A DNA stretch of 64,000 nucleotides from Bryobacterales bacterium (GTDB lineage Bacteria; Acidobacteriota; Terriglobia; Bryobacterales; UBA6623), in NCBI GenBank assembly GCA_965200705.1, contig OZ241376.1, positions 589,722-653,721 on the forward strand, written 5' to 3'. Position numbers and translations under genes: made by a program. Below, piece by piece: positions 56,977 to 64,000 of the stretch (position 1 is its first letter; each line of letters opens with the position of its first letter). Below the pieces are notes generated by a model. That model saw only the letters and a program-made list of their open reading frames with translations. It had not been told where the DNA came from and did no database searches.

Positions 56977-57983
56977 TATGCGCAGAGTTCGTTTGCAGCG
57001 CTGACGGCATTGCGCGCGTCGGTTACGATCTCACGCACCACGTCGCCGGCCGGTGCCACGCTCGCGATGCCGCCTACACTCTGTCCGGCTGGCAGTACGC
57101 CGTTCTCCGCGTCACCGTCCAGCCGTCCTCGTATGGATGCGGGATTGCCCACCTCCAGCGCTTGCAGCGGAAAGGGCTTGATCTCGTCCGCGCGCTTGGC
57201 CCAATGGTCGGTGAACGCATTGCGGATCATGCGGCAGGGCTTGCCGCTGTGCGCGAGGGTGACGACCGTCCCCGAGGTATCGGTGTCCACAATCTTCTGC
57301 TTGTAGTTCCGGTGTGCGCCGGCCTCGTCCGTCGCGATGAACCGCGTGCCGAGCCAAACACCCTGAGCACCCCACATAAGGGCCGCTGCCAGATCAGCGC
57401 CGCTCGCCAGCCCACCCGCCGCTATTACCGGGACCGTCACCGCATTGACGACCGATGGTACGAGCGATGCTGTGCCGATCTTGCCGACGTGTCCGCCGCC
57501 GTCATGTCCAGACGCGATTACGGCGTCCACGCCATCGGCCACAGCCTTCTCGGCGTGCCGTACGGCGCCAACGACCGACATCACATAGATCCCCTGCGCA
57601 TGCGCGTCGGGCACAGCCCCACGAGGACTGCCCAGCCCCGCCACCAACACCGGAACCCGTTCCTCCACCGTGATGTCGATCAGCATATTCACGCCGTCTG
57701 TATAGCGCGTCACCGTGCTGCCCCGTGCTCGCACCGTGGCAAACAGGATGTCCACGCCGAACGGCTTGTCTGTTTCGCCACGGACGATGCGGATCTGCTC
57801 CCGCAGTTCGTCGGGTTTCATGCTGAGCCCCGTGCCAATAACCCCGAGTCCACCTGCCTCGCTCACTGCGGCTGCCAGCGGTGCTTGGGCGATCATTCCC
57901 ATGCCGGCCTGCAGGACCGGATAGTCGATCCCGATCGCGTCGCAGATCGGCGTATGTAGTGGTGTGGGAGCGGCGCTCACCAT
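56976..57983 (-). CDS. Nitronate monooxygenase / FabK-like FMN-dependent oxidoreductase family protein
   Basis: 335-aa ORF with TIM-barrel NMO-family blocks (ICDAIGIDYPVLQAGMG, GGLGVIG, ASGHDGGGHVG, VIAAGGLASG). Confidence 0.8.
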   Translation of the reverse strand: MVSAAPTPLHTPICDAIGIDYPVLQAGMGMIAQAPLAAAVSEAGGLGVIGTGLSMKPDELREQIRIVRGETDKPFGVDILFATVRARGSTVTRYTDGVNMLIDITVEERVPVLVAGLGSPRGAVPDAHAQGIYVMSVVGAVRHAEKAVADGVDAVIASGHDGGGHVGKIGTASLVPSVVNAVTVPVIAAGGLASGADLAAALMWGAQGVWLGTRFIATDEAGAHRNYKQKIVDTDTSGTVVTLAHSGKPCRMIRNAFTDHWAKRADEIKPFPLQALEVGNPASIRGRLDGDAENGVLPAGQSVGGIASVAPAGDVVREIVTDARNAVSAANELCA

Positions 57984-58007
57984 GGGCTTGGAATTCGAAA
58001 GTGTCCG

Positions 58008-59276
58008 CTAGAGGTTGCGCTCGATCAAGCGCCTCTCCGACTGGACGCCATCCTTTACGACCGCGATGTTGTCGGTGATCGCATAAGAGTCGAGACCCCC
58101 GGAGGCACTGGCGTTCTCGATCGCGATTCCCGCCTTGCTGGCATCCGGAACGACGACGTTTCGAACGCGCAAGCCGCTGAACCGCTCGTCAGCGCTGACA
58201 CGATACAGCACGCCCACCTCAGGATATGCGTCCCCGTTGATCGAAATGTTGTCGAGCATCGCCCGGTCGGCATCCTCGACAAGGACGGCGGGACCGGTGC
58301 TCGGCGCACCCTCGAGACGGATGTCGCGGATCGCAGCGCCGTCGCTGTTCTGGATCACAACCCACGGCGCATTCGCAGGCCCACCTCGTAGCACGACGTT
58401 CTCTATCTGCAGGTTCCGGGTATTGCGGACATGCAGCGGACGCCACGTGTCATGCGGCCGGAACTGTTCCCCGACCACGTTGCGGATCGTGAGACCGTCG
58501 TGACCGAAGTCGCGGTTCGCGGTGCGGATGGCCGTCACACAGTCCTTTACCTGCACGCCATCGATGACGATGCCGCGATTGATCATTCCGGGCTGGCTAT
58601 GGTCCTGAACGTCGACACCGTAGAAACTCGACTCGGCGTACACGTCCCGAACCGTGATGTGGTGGCTGCCGTCCGACACTTCCACAGGGCCTCTCAGCTT
58701 CGAGCCATAGCTGCGGATGTTCTCCACCACGAGATGGCGTACGTAAAGCCCCTCATGCCCTCGGCCGCCGATCGAGACGATGTCGCGGATCGTGTCGTGG
58801 CCCGTGAGGTTGCGGATCACACCATGTTCGATGTTTCCGTACTCGGCAGTCGGCGTGATCATGACGCCGTCCTTCGCACTGTTGTCGGTCCGTCCGTCTT
58901 CGATCAGGAACCGTCCACGGCGCACCACGATCAAGGGCGCCCGGTCCGACTGCTCGACGGAGTCGCCGTTTCCAATGAGATGGAAGTCGCGCACGGCGAC
59001 GCCCTCCGCAACGATCTCGAGGATCGGTGTGTCCGCAAGACCCAGCTGCAGGCGCATGTGTAAGCCAACCAAGGTCAGCGGCTTGTCGATGCGCACCGTC
59101 TCTGAGACTTCGACTTGGCGGGACTTGTCCGCCAGTAGCACTGCGTGCGGCGGAGCTGCATCTACCGCAGCCTGCAGCTGGCTCGCATCCACCTGCACCG
59201 TCAACGAAGGGGACGCTGCATGCAGCATGCCCGTCGCCAAGGTGACGCATACAGCTAGGGCTTTGACCCGTTGCAT
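58008..59276 (-). CDS. Exported right-handed parallel beta-helix repeat protein (pectate-lyase fold)
   Basis: 422-aa ORF with a signal-like N-terminus (MQRVKALAVCVTLATGMLHAASP). Repeated ~22-25-aa segments rich in V/I-x-N/D-x-G (IRNLTGHD, VENIRSYG, IDGVQVKD, IRNVVGEQ, IENVVLRG, IRDIRLEG). Confidence 0.7.
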   Translation of the reverse strand: MQRVKALAVCVTLATGMLHAASPSLTVQVDASQLQAAVDAAPPHAVLLADKSRQVEVSETVRIDKPLTLVGLHMRLQLGLADTPILEIVAEGVAVRDFHLIGNGDSVEQSDRAPLIVVRRGRFLIEDGRTDNSAKDGVMITPTAEYGNIEHGVIRNLTGHDTIRDIVSIGGRGHEGLYVRHLVVENIRSYGSKLRGPVEVSDGSHHITVRDVYAESSFYGVDVQDHSQPGMINRGIVIDGVQVKDCVTAIRTANRDFGHDGLTIRNVVGEQFRPHDTWRPLHVRNTRNLQIENVVLRGGPANAPWVVIQNSDGAAIRDIRLEGAPSTGPAVLVEDADRAMLDNISINGDAYPEVGVLYRVSADERFSGLRVRNVVVPDASKAGIAIENASASGGLDSYAITDNIAVVKDGVQSERRLIERNL

Positions 59277-59661
59277 CGGTTCCGCTGCAACTCTACCACG
59301 CCCTGCGAACGCAGCAACGGATCCTGCAAGAGGGAGAATCCGATGTCTAGCCCGGATTTCTCACGGTGGAAAGCGAGCTTCGGGAACCGAGCGGATTCGG
59401 GGGTTGGGGAGACCTCTAGGAGGGATGCGAGCGTGAATCGGCGGTGAGAGGTGGTGCGGATGCGGCAGTCGGAGGGTGTCCCGGCCCGGCCCCTAGATAC
59501 GCGTCCGTAAGCCAGTCCCCTCGGTGAGGGGCGGCCCGACTCTTCGCACGTCTGTTAGTGCGCTAGTGGGATGCGGTCACGGCCGGGGTCCACCCATGAC
59601 CGAGCACTCCAAACGCTGCCCTCGAGAATGGAATCGCACAGGCAACGACTCCAATCTGAAG

Positions 59662-59690
59662 TTTACAAAGTTCCTATTTCATGGATTAAT
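59662..59690 (+). promoter_or_regulatory. Candidate sigma70-like promoter of the HTH-ImmA gene
   Basis: TTTACA (59662-59667), a 17-nt spacer, then ATTAAT (59685-59690), in a locally AT-rich stretch 34 nt upstream of the ATG. Confidence 0.35.
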
Positions 59691-59707
59691 GTCAACTAAA
59701 GGTTGAC
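59691..59707. promoter_or_regulatory. Palindromic operator candidate GTCAAC-N5-GTTGAC
   Basis: gtcaactaaaggttgac (59691-59707) has perfect 6-nt inverted arms. It sits between the putative -10 box and the AAGGAGGG ribosome-binding site (59708-59715). Confidence 0.35.
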
Positions 59708-59723
59708 AAGGAGGGAGTTGGAG

Positions 59724-60803
59724 ATGTTCGGACAACGACTCCGGCTAGCCCGCAAGCGGGCTGGTTTATCGATGCGAGCACTCGCAGACGCGACGAAGCC
59801 GAGGGTGACCGCCCAAGCGATCAGTAAGTACGAGGCGGGCCAAATGCTCCCCTCATCTACCGTCCTGGTCGGACTTGGCAAGGCTCTCGATGTCTCGCTG
59901 GACTTCCTCATGAGCGGACCAGTCCAAGCGCTCGACGGCGTGGTGTTCCGCAATCACAGCCGTGCCTCCGCCCGCGACCGTGCAAAGGCCGAAGTGATCG
60001 CAATTGAGAGCTTGGAGCGCTACTTGGCGATTGAACACATCCTAGACCTGCCAACGGACGTGGACTGGATTGAGCGACATCGTTGCGACAGCATCCAGAG
60101 CGAAGCCCAAATCGACAACAGGGCCGATGAACTCCGCGATGCCTGGGAGCTTGGCACGGACCCGATTCCCAGCCTCTGCGCACTACTGGAGGACAAGGGC
60201 ATCAAGGTGATCGAAGCCGACCTCCCTGAGAGCATCAACGGCCTCTCGTGCCACGTCTTGCGCGGAGACGAGATCGTGGCAGAAGCTGTCGCCATGTCCA
60301 GCCGAATGAATGTCGAGCAGAAGCGATTCACGCTCGCTCACGAGATCGCCCACCGAATTATCCGCGCCACCGGCAACCCTGCAATTGGCGTGGAGGCGGC
60401 GATGGATCGCTTTGCAGGTGCGTTTCTCGTTCCGGGCCAACGTCTGAGGCGCGAGGTGGGTGGTAATCGCCAGCGGATAACCCACTACGAGATCATTCGC
60501 CTAAAGCACATGTATGGCGTCTCAGCGGCGGCCATTCTAGTGCGTCTCGGTCAGGTTGGCGCATTGCCGCCGGTGGCCGTCAGAAATGCCTTCGCGACGT
60601 TCGCCCGCTCCTGGCGCATTACGGAACCGGATCCTATTGGCGAGAATCACCGCTACTCAGCCTTCGAAAAGCCAAGCCGCTTCGAACGCCTCGTGTCGCA
60701 TGCGTTGGGCGAACAGCTGATTTCACCGGTGCGGGCAGCGGGTCTTCTCGATCAGTCGCTCGCCAGCGTCGAGGAGCGAATCAACGGTCCGACGGGCGAG
60801 TGA
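59724..60803 (+). CDS. XRE-family HTH fused to an ImmA/IrrE (COG2856) metallopeptidase domain
   Basis: Track ORF starts at TTG 59703. ATG 59724 follows AAGGAGGG. N-terminal HTH (MFGQRLRLARKRAGLSMRALADATKPRVTAQAISKYEAGQ). HEXXH in FTLAHEIAHRIIRA. Confidence 0.85.
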   Translation: MFGQRLRLARKRAGLSMRALADATKPRVTAQAISKYEAGQMLPSSTVLVGLGKALDVSLDFLMSGPVQALDGVVFRNHSRASARDRAKAEVIAIESLERYLAIEHILDLPTDVDWIERHRCDSIQSEAQIDNRADELRDAWELGTDPIPSLCALLEDKGIKVIEADLPESINGLSCHVLRGDEIVAEAVAMSSRMNVEQKRFTLAHEIAHRIIRATGNPAIGVEAAMDRFAGAFLVPGQRLRREVGGNRQRITHYEIIRLKHMYGVSAAAILVRLGQVGALPPVAVRNAFATFARSWRITEPDPIGENHRYSAFEKPSRFERLVSHALGEQLISPVRAAGLLDQSLASVEERINGPTGE

Positions 60804-60853
60804 CCGACATCATCGTCAACGACGCTTCCTTCCTGATCAACCCTCTCAGCTAG
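60800..60853 (+). pseudogene. 17-codon stub of a downstream partner gene (PIN-like N-terminus)
   Basis: GTG at 60800 overlaps the HTH-ImmA stop (GTGA) and reads VTDIIVNDASFLINPLS, then TAG at 60851-60853. The ..IIVNDASFLI.. pattern resembles the first strand plus catalytic Asp of PIN-domain proteins. The stub ends where the queF 3' end begins. Confidence 0.3.
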
Positions 60854-61251
60854 GACGGCTCCTGGCGTCGATGCTTGGCAACGATGCACGTGACATGCCC
60901 GCCACGGGGTTCGAAGCGGCCCTCGACGCTCGCCCAGACCGGATCGGCCACCGCGACGGCAGCATCAAGGACCTTGTTGACCGCATTCTCCTGGAATATC
61001 GGCAGATTGCGGTACTCCAGCAGATAGAGCTTGAACGACTTCAGCTCAAGGCAGCGTTCTGCGGGCTGATAGCGAACAACCAGCGTTCCGAAGTCTGGCA
61101 ACCCTGTCTTCGGACAGATCGACGTGAACTCCGGGCACTCCATCTCAACCGTGTAGCCGCTCTTCGTGTACTGATTCTGCCATGTCGCGATGTCGGACAG
61201 AACCGCGTCCACTACCGACTCGGCGTGCGTGTCGGAATAGCCAGTGGTCAA
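60850..61251 (-). CDS. queF: NADPH-dependent 7-cyano-7-deazaguanine (preQ0) reductase, unimodular type
   Basis: 133-aa ORF with the QueF motif ECPEFTSICPKTGLPDFGTLVVRY and a downstream LELKSFKLYLLEYRN block. Confidence 0.9.
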   Translation of the reverse strand: MTTGYSDTHAESVVDAVLSDIATWQNQYTKSGYTVEMECPEFTSICPKTGLPDFGTLVVRYQPAERCLELKSFKLYLLEYRNLPIFQENAVNKVLDAAVAVADPVWASVEGRFEPRGGHVTCIVAKHRRQEPS

Positions 61252-61286
61252 GGCAGACCCTCCGAATCAACCATCCGTCGGGGCAC

Positions 61287-63212
61287 TCAGTCCTTGTCCT
61301 GCTGCGCACCAAGGCGGTCGATCACGGACAAATCCTCGAGCGTCGTAATGTCGCCTGTCACCGTCTTGGTCGTCACGATCTCGCGCAGCAGTCGACGCAT
61401 GATCTTGCCGGAACGCGTCTTGGGCAGAGCATCGCTGAACCGGATCTGCTTGGGGCGCGCGAACTTGCCGATCTGCATCGCGACCCACTCTCGCAGGTCG
61501 CCTGCCAAGGCGTCCGATGCGTCGTAGCCCTGGATCGGCGTCACGAATGCAATCACCGACTGCCCCGTCAGCTGGTCCGGCATTCCGACCACAGCAGCCT
61601 CAGCCACCGCCTCGTGACGCACCAGGGTCGACTCAAGCTCCGCCGTCGAAAGCCGGTGTCCGCTGACATTCATCACGTCATCAACCCGACCTAGCACCCA
61701 GATGTAGCCATCCTCGTCGCGCCGAGCCGCATCGCCCACGAAGTACAAGCCCGGGATCTGGCTCCAGTAGGTCTCCTTGAACCGCTCCGGATCTCCCCAC
61801 AACGTGCGGAACATCGATGGCCAGGGATTGCGCACCACCAAGTAGCCTTCGCTGCCTGGAGGCACTGACTTGCCGTCCATGGTGACCACGTCAGCCTCGA
61901 TCCCAGGCAGCGGGAACGTCCCAGAACCCGGCTTCAGGGGCGTGGACCCAGGCAGCGGGGAGATCATGATCGAACCGGTTTCGGTTTGCCACCACGTGTC
62001 CACGATCGGGCATCTGCCGCCACCGATGACGTTGTAGTACCACTCCCACGCGGATGGGTTGATCGGCTCGCCAACCGATCCAAGAAGACGGAGACTGGAC
62101 AGATCGTGGCGGCCTGGGTGCTCATTGCCGAACTTGATGAACGCCCGAATCGCGGTCGGTGAGGTGTAGAAGACGTTGACTCGGTACTTCTCGATGAGCC
62201 GCCAGAACCGGTCCTGTGCCGGAAAGTCCGGCGCTCCCTCGTAGATGACGGTCGTCGTGCCCACAAGCAGTGGGCCATAGACGATGTAGCTGTGGCCAGT
62301 CACCCAACCGATGTCCGCCCCGCACCAGTACGTGTCTTCGTCCTTGATGTCGAACACCCAGCGCATGGCCATGGAGACCTGTAGCTGGTAGCCCCCCGTC
62401 GTGTGCACGATGCCCTTGGGCTTGCCGGTGGTGCCCGACGTGTAGAGCACGTAGAGAGGATGCTCGCTGTCGAGCTCTTCGGCAGGGCAGTCCTCGCTTG
62501 CGCCCGCCTCAAGTTCGTTCCACCATGCGTCCCGGCCCGCCTGCATGGTGACTTCGTTGCCAGTGCGCTTGTGGACGATCACGCTCCGCACTCCCGGACA
62601 GTCCCCCAGCGCCTCGTCGACCGCAGCCTTGAGAGGCACCACCTTGCCACGTCGCCAGCCACCGTCGGCCGTGATGACCAAGCCAGCGTCAAGGTCGAGG
62701 ATCCTTGTCTTCAGTGCCTCGGCGGAGAACCCCGCGAACACCACGCTGTGGATGATGCCGAGCCGCGCGCACGCCAGCATCGCGATGGGCAGCTCCGGCA
62801 CCATCGGCATGTAGAGGATGGCGCGGTTCCCGGACTTGAATCCCTGAGCCTTGAGGACGTTCGCGAATCGCTGCACCGCACGCAGCAGCTCCTGGTAGGT
62901 GAGGATCCTCTGATCGCCCGGCTCACCTTCCCAGATGATGGCTGCGCGGTTCTTGCGCCAGCCTTGGCAGTGCCGGTCGACGCAGTTGTAGGACACGTTG
63001 GTGCGACCGCCCGTAAACCACCGGTAGAAGGGTGCGTTCGATGCATCCATCACCTGATCCCAGGGCCGGAACCAGTGCAGCTCCGAAGCGGCCAGGTCGC
63101 CCCAGAACTTCTCAAGGTCTGCTGCGGCCAGAGCGTTCAGCTCCTGATTCGCGTCCTGGCCACTGACATTGGCTCGGGCAACAAATTCCTCAGAGGGGTG
63201 GTAGAGTTCCAT
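61287..63212 (-). CDS. acs: Acetyl-CoA synthetase (acetate--CoA ligase)
   Basis: 641-aa ORF. AMP-binding signature [11 protein letters not shown]. Acs blocks [35 protein letters not shown] and [12 protein letters not shown]. Confidence 0.95.
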   Translation of the reverse strand: MELYHPSEEFVARANVSGQDANQELNALAAADLEKFWGDLAASELHWFRPWDQVMDASNAPFYRWFTGGRTNVSYNCVDRHCQGWRKNRAAIIWEGEPGDQRILTYQELLRAVQRFANVLKAQGFKSGNRAILYMPMVPELPIAMLACARLGIIHSVVFAGFSAEALKTRILDLDAGLVITADGGWRRGKVVPLKAAVDEALGDCPGVRSVIVHKRTGNEVTMQAGRDAWWNELEAGASEDCPAEELDSEHPLYVLYTSGTTGKPKGIVHTTGGYQLQVSMAMRWVFDIKDEDTYWCGADIGWVTGHSYIVYGPLLVGTTTVIYEGAPDFPAQDRFWRLIEKYRVNVFYTSPTAIRAFIKFGNEHPGRHDLSSLRLLGSVGEPINPSAWEWYYNVIGGGRCPIVDTWWQTETGSIMISPLPGSTPLKPGSGTFPLPGIEADVVTMDGKSVPPGSEGYLVVRNPWPSMFRTLWGDPERFKETYWSQIPGLYFVGDAARRDEDGYIWVLGRVDDVMNVSGHRLSTAELESTLVRHEAVAEAAVVGMPDQLTGQSVIAFVTPIQGYDASDALAGDLREWVAMQIGKFARPKQIRFSDALPKTRSGKIMRRLLREIVTTKTVTGDITTLEDLSVIDRLGAQQDKD

Positions 63213-63274
63213 GGATTCCTCGAATCACTCGACGAAAAAGCTCGGCCCCGTCGACGTGGGCCTTTGAACGACGC

Positions 63275-63541
63275 CTACTGCCAGACGGCCTGCGATCGGT
63301 CGCTGGAGACCAAGGCATCAAAGATGGCAAGCACCTGCTTACGGTAGAGGTAGCGTCTCAGAAGCTGCTCACGGAAGCTGTGGTCGTATTCGCGTGCGCA
63401 CATCCACTTCTGCAGCGTCTTGGTCGGAATGTCGATGTCAGCACGCAGCGTATCGGCCGAGTGCCCACGCAGGAAGAGGCCGTAAAACGCCGCCGCCTCC
63501 GTCTGCGGCGACTGCATCCTTGCACCACGCGCACTCGGCAT
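63275..63541 (-). CDS. Small hypothetical protein, possibly HTH-containing
   Basis: 88-aa ATG ORF upstream of acs on the same strand. GHSADTLRADIDIPTKTLQKWM resembles a helix-turn-helix segment. I recognise no family, and the coding status is uncertain. Confidence 0.35.
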   Translation of the reverse strand: MPSARGARMQSPQTEAAAFYGLFLRGHSADTLRADIDIPTKTLQKWMCAREYDHSFREQLLRRYLYRKQVLAIFDALVSSDRSQAVWQ

Positions 63542-63647
63542 CTTGCACCCGGTCGGTGACCGTTCTGGCCTAAGAATGTATCACTATAGTGCTGCGTTGC
63601 CATGTCGGCAAGCGCCCGTCAGCGGTCGGTAGCAGCTGCTCGTTCCG

Positions 63648-64000
63648 ATGTGGAGTTTCCTCGGCGTGCCGGCCGTCGTTCTGGCCTACGCGGCCTATGC
63701 GAGCGCCTGGCCGTCCGCCCGGAGGTGGGGACCAAGCATCCATCGACTGCCGGTCGAGGATCGGCTGATCGCCCTCACGTTCGATGACGGTCCGAGCAAC
63801 GACACGCCTTTCTTCCTCGACGCGCTGGACGCGCTGCGCGTGCGGGCAACGTTCTTCCTGTGCGGTGCGAACGTCGAACGCAGACCCGAAGTCGCGCAGG
63901 CCATCGTCAAAGCCGGTCACGCCGTGGGCAATCATACGTACACCCATCCCCGATTGCCTCGCTGCTCACCCGGCCGTGTGCGGCAAGAACTCGCGGCTAC
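63648..64000 (+). CDS. Polysaccharide deacetylase (NodB homology domain), 3' end beyond the window
   Basis: Not in the track because it is edge-truncated. Hand translation from ATG 63648 (the first start after in-frame TAG at 63630) gives MWSFLGVPAVVLAYAAYASAW (a TM segment), then IALTFDDGPSNDTPFFLDALDALRVRATFFLCGANV...GHAVGNHTYTHP. Confidence 0.8.
   Translation, partial: MWSFLGVPAVVLAYAAYASAWPSARRWGPSIHRLPVEDRLIALTFDDGPSNDTPFFLDALDALRVRATFFLCGANVERRPEVAQAIVKAGHAVGNHTYTHPRLPRCSPGRVRQELAA

Overview
64-kb high-GC bacterial chromosomal window. The gene content suggests an Acidobacteriota- or PVC-like heterotroph, which is inference only: many Sec/TAT-exported hydrolases, two PSCyt/DUF1553-DUF1501 pairs, formylglycine-type sulfatases, a GH95 fucosidase and CarboxypepD_reg-type TonB-dependent receptors. 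I support about 45 protein genes. They include M1, M48 and S8 peptidases, an omega-aminotransferase, a CitE-like lyase / MaoC hydratase / acyl-CoA dehydrogenase trio, a KamA-family radical-SAM aminomutase, two sulfatases, an MFS sugar porter, a PfkB kinase, pgi, bioB-bioF-bioD, pheA, queF and acs. The ORF track gives the longest ORF with ATG/GTG/TTG starts and omits ORFs truncated by the window edge, so I moved several starts and added two edge genes by hand translation. All accessory DNA looks decayed. At 26.4-28.3 kb there is an IS5/IS1182-like transposase N-terminal fragment plus a lower-GC Fic pseudogene. At 39.5-46.2 kb there is a graveyard of mobile-element genes: IS1595-type transposase fragments, a truncated Uma2 nuclease, a defective IS with recognisable inverted repeats, mobC/relaxase remnants and a frame-disrupted P4-type integrase. 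A diverged direct duplication of tRNA-Arg(CCG) plus the 3' part of an aldo/keto reductase gene (copies at 42.1-42.9 kb and 48.7-49.5 kb) encloses the 42.9-46.2 kb part of that graveyard and a TonB-dependent receptor gene. The best leads are: (1) that duplication, with the canonical tRNA on the junk side; (2) the two PSCyt/DUF1553-DUF1501 pairs with an identical 11-nt overlap; (3) an HTH-ImmA/IrrE fusion with promoter/operator candidates and a 17-codon PIN-like stub; (4) a TonB-receptor-like barrel with an atypical N-terminus, translationally coupled to pgi. I saw no CRISPR array, rRNA, intact mobile element or complete defence system. All identities and GC statements are by-eye estimates, not computed.
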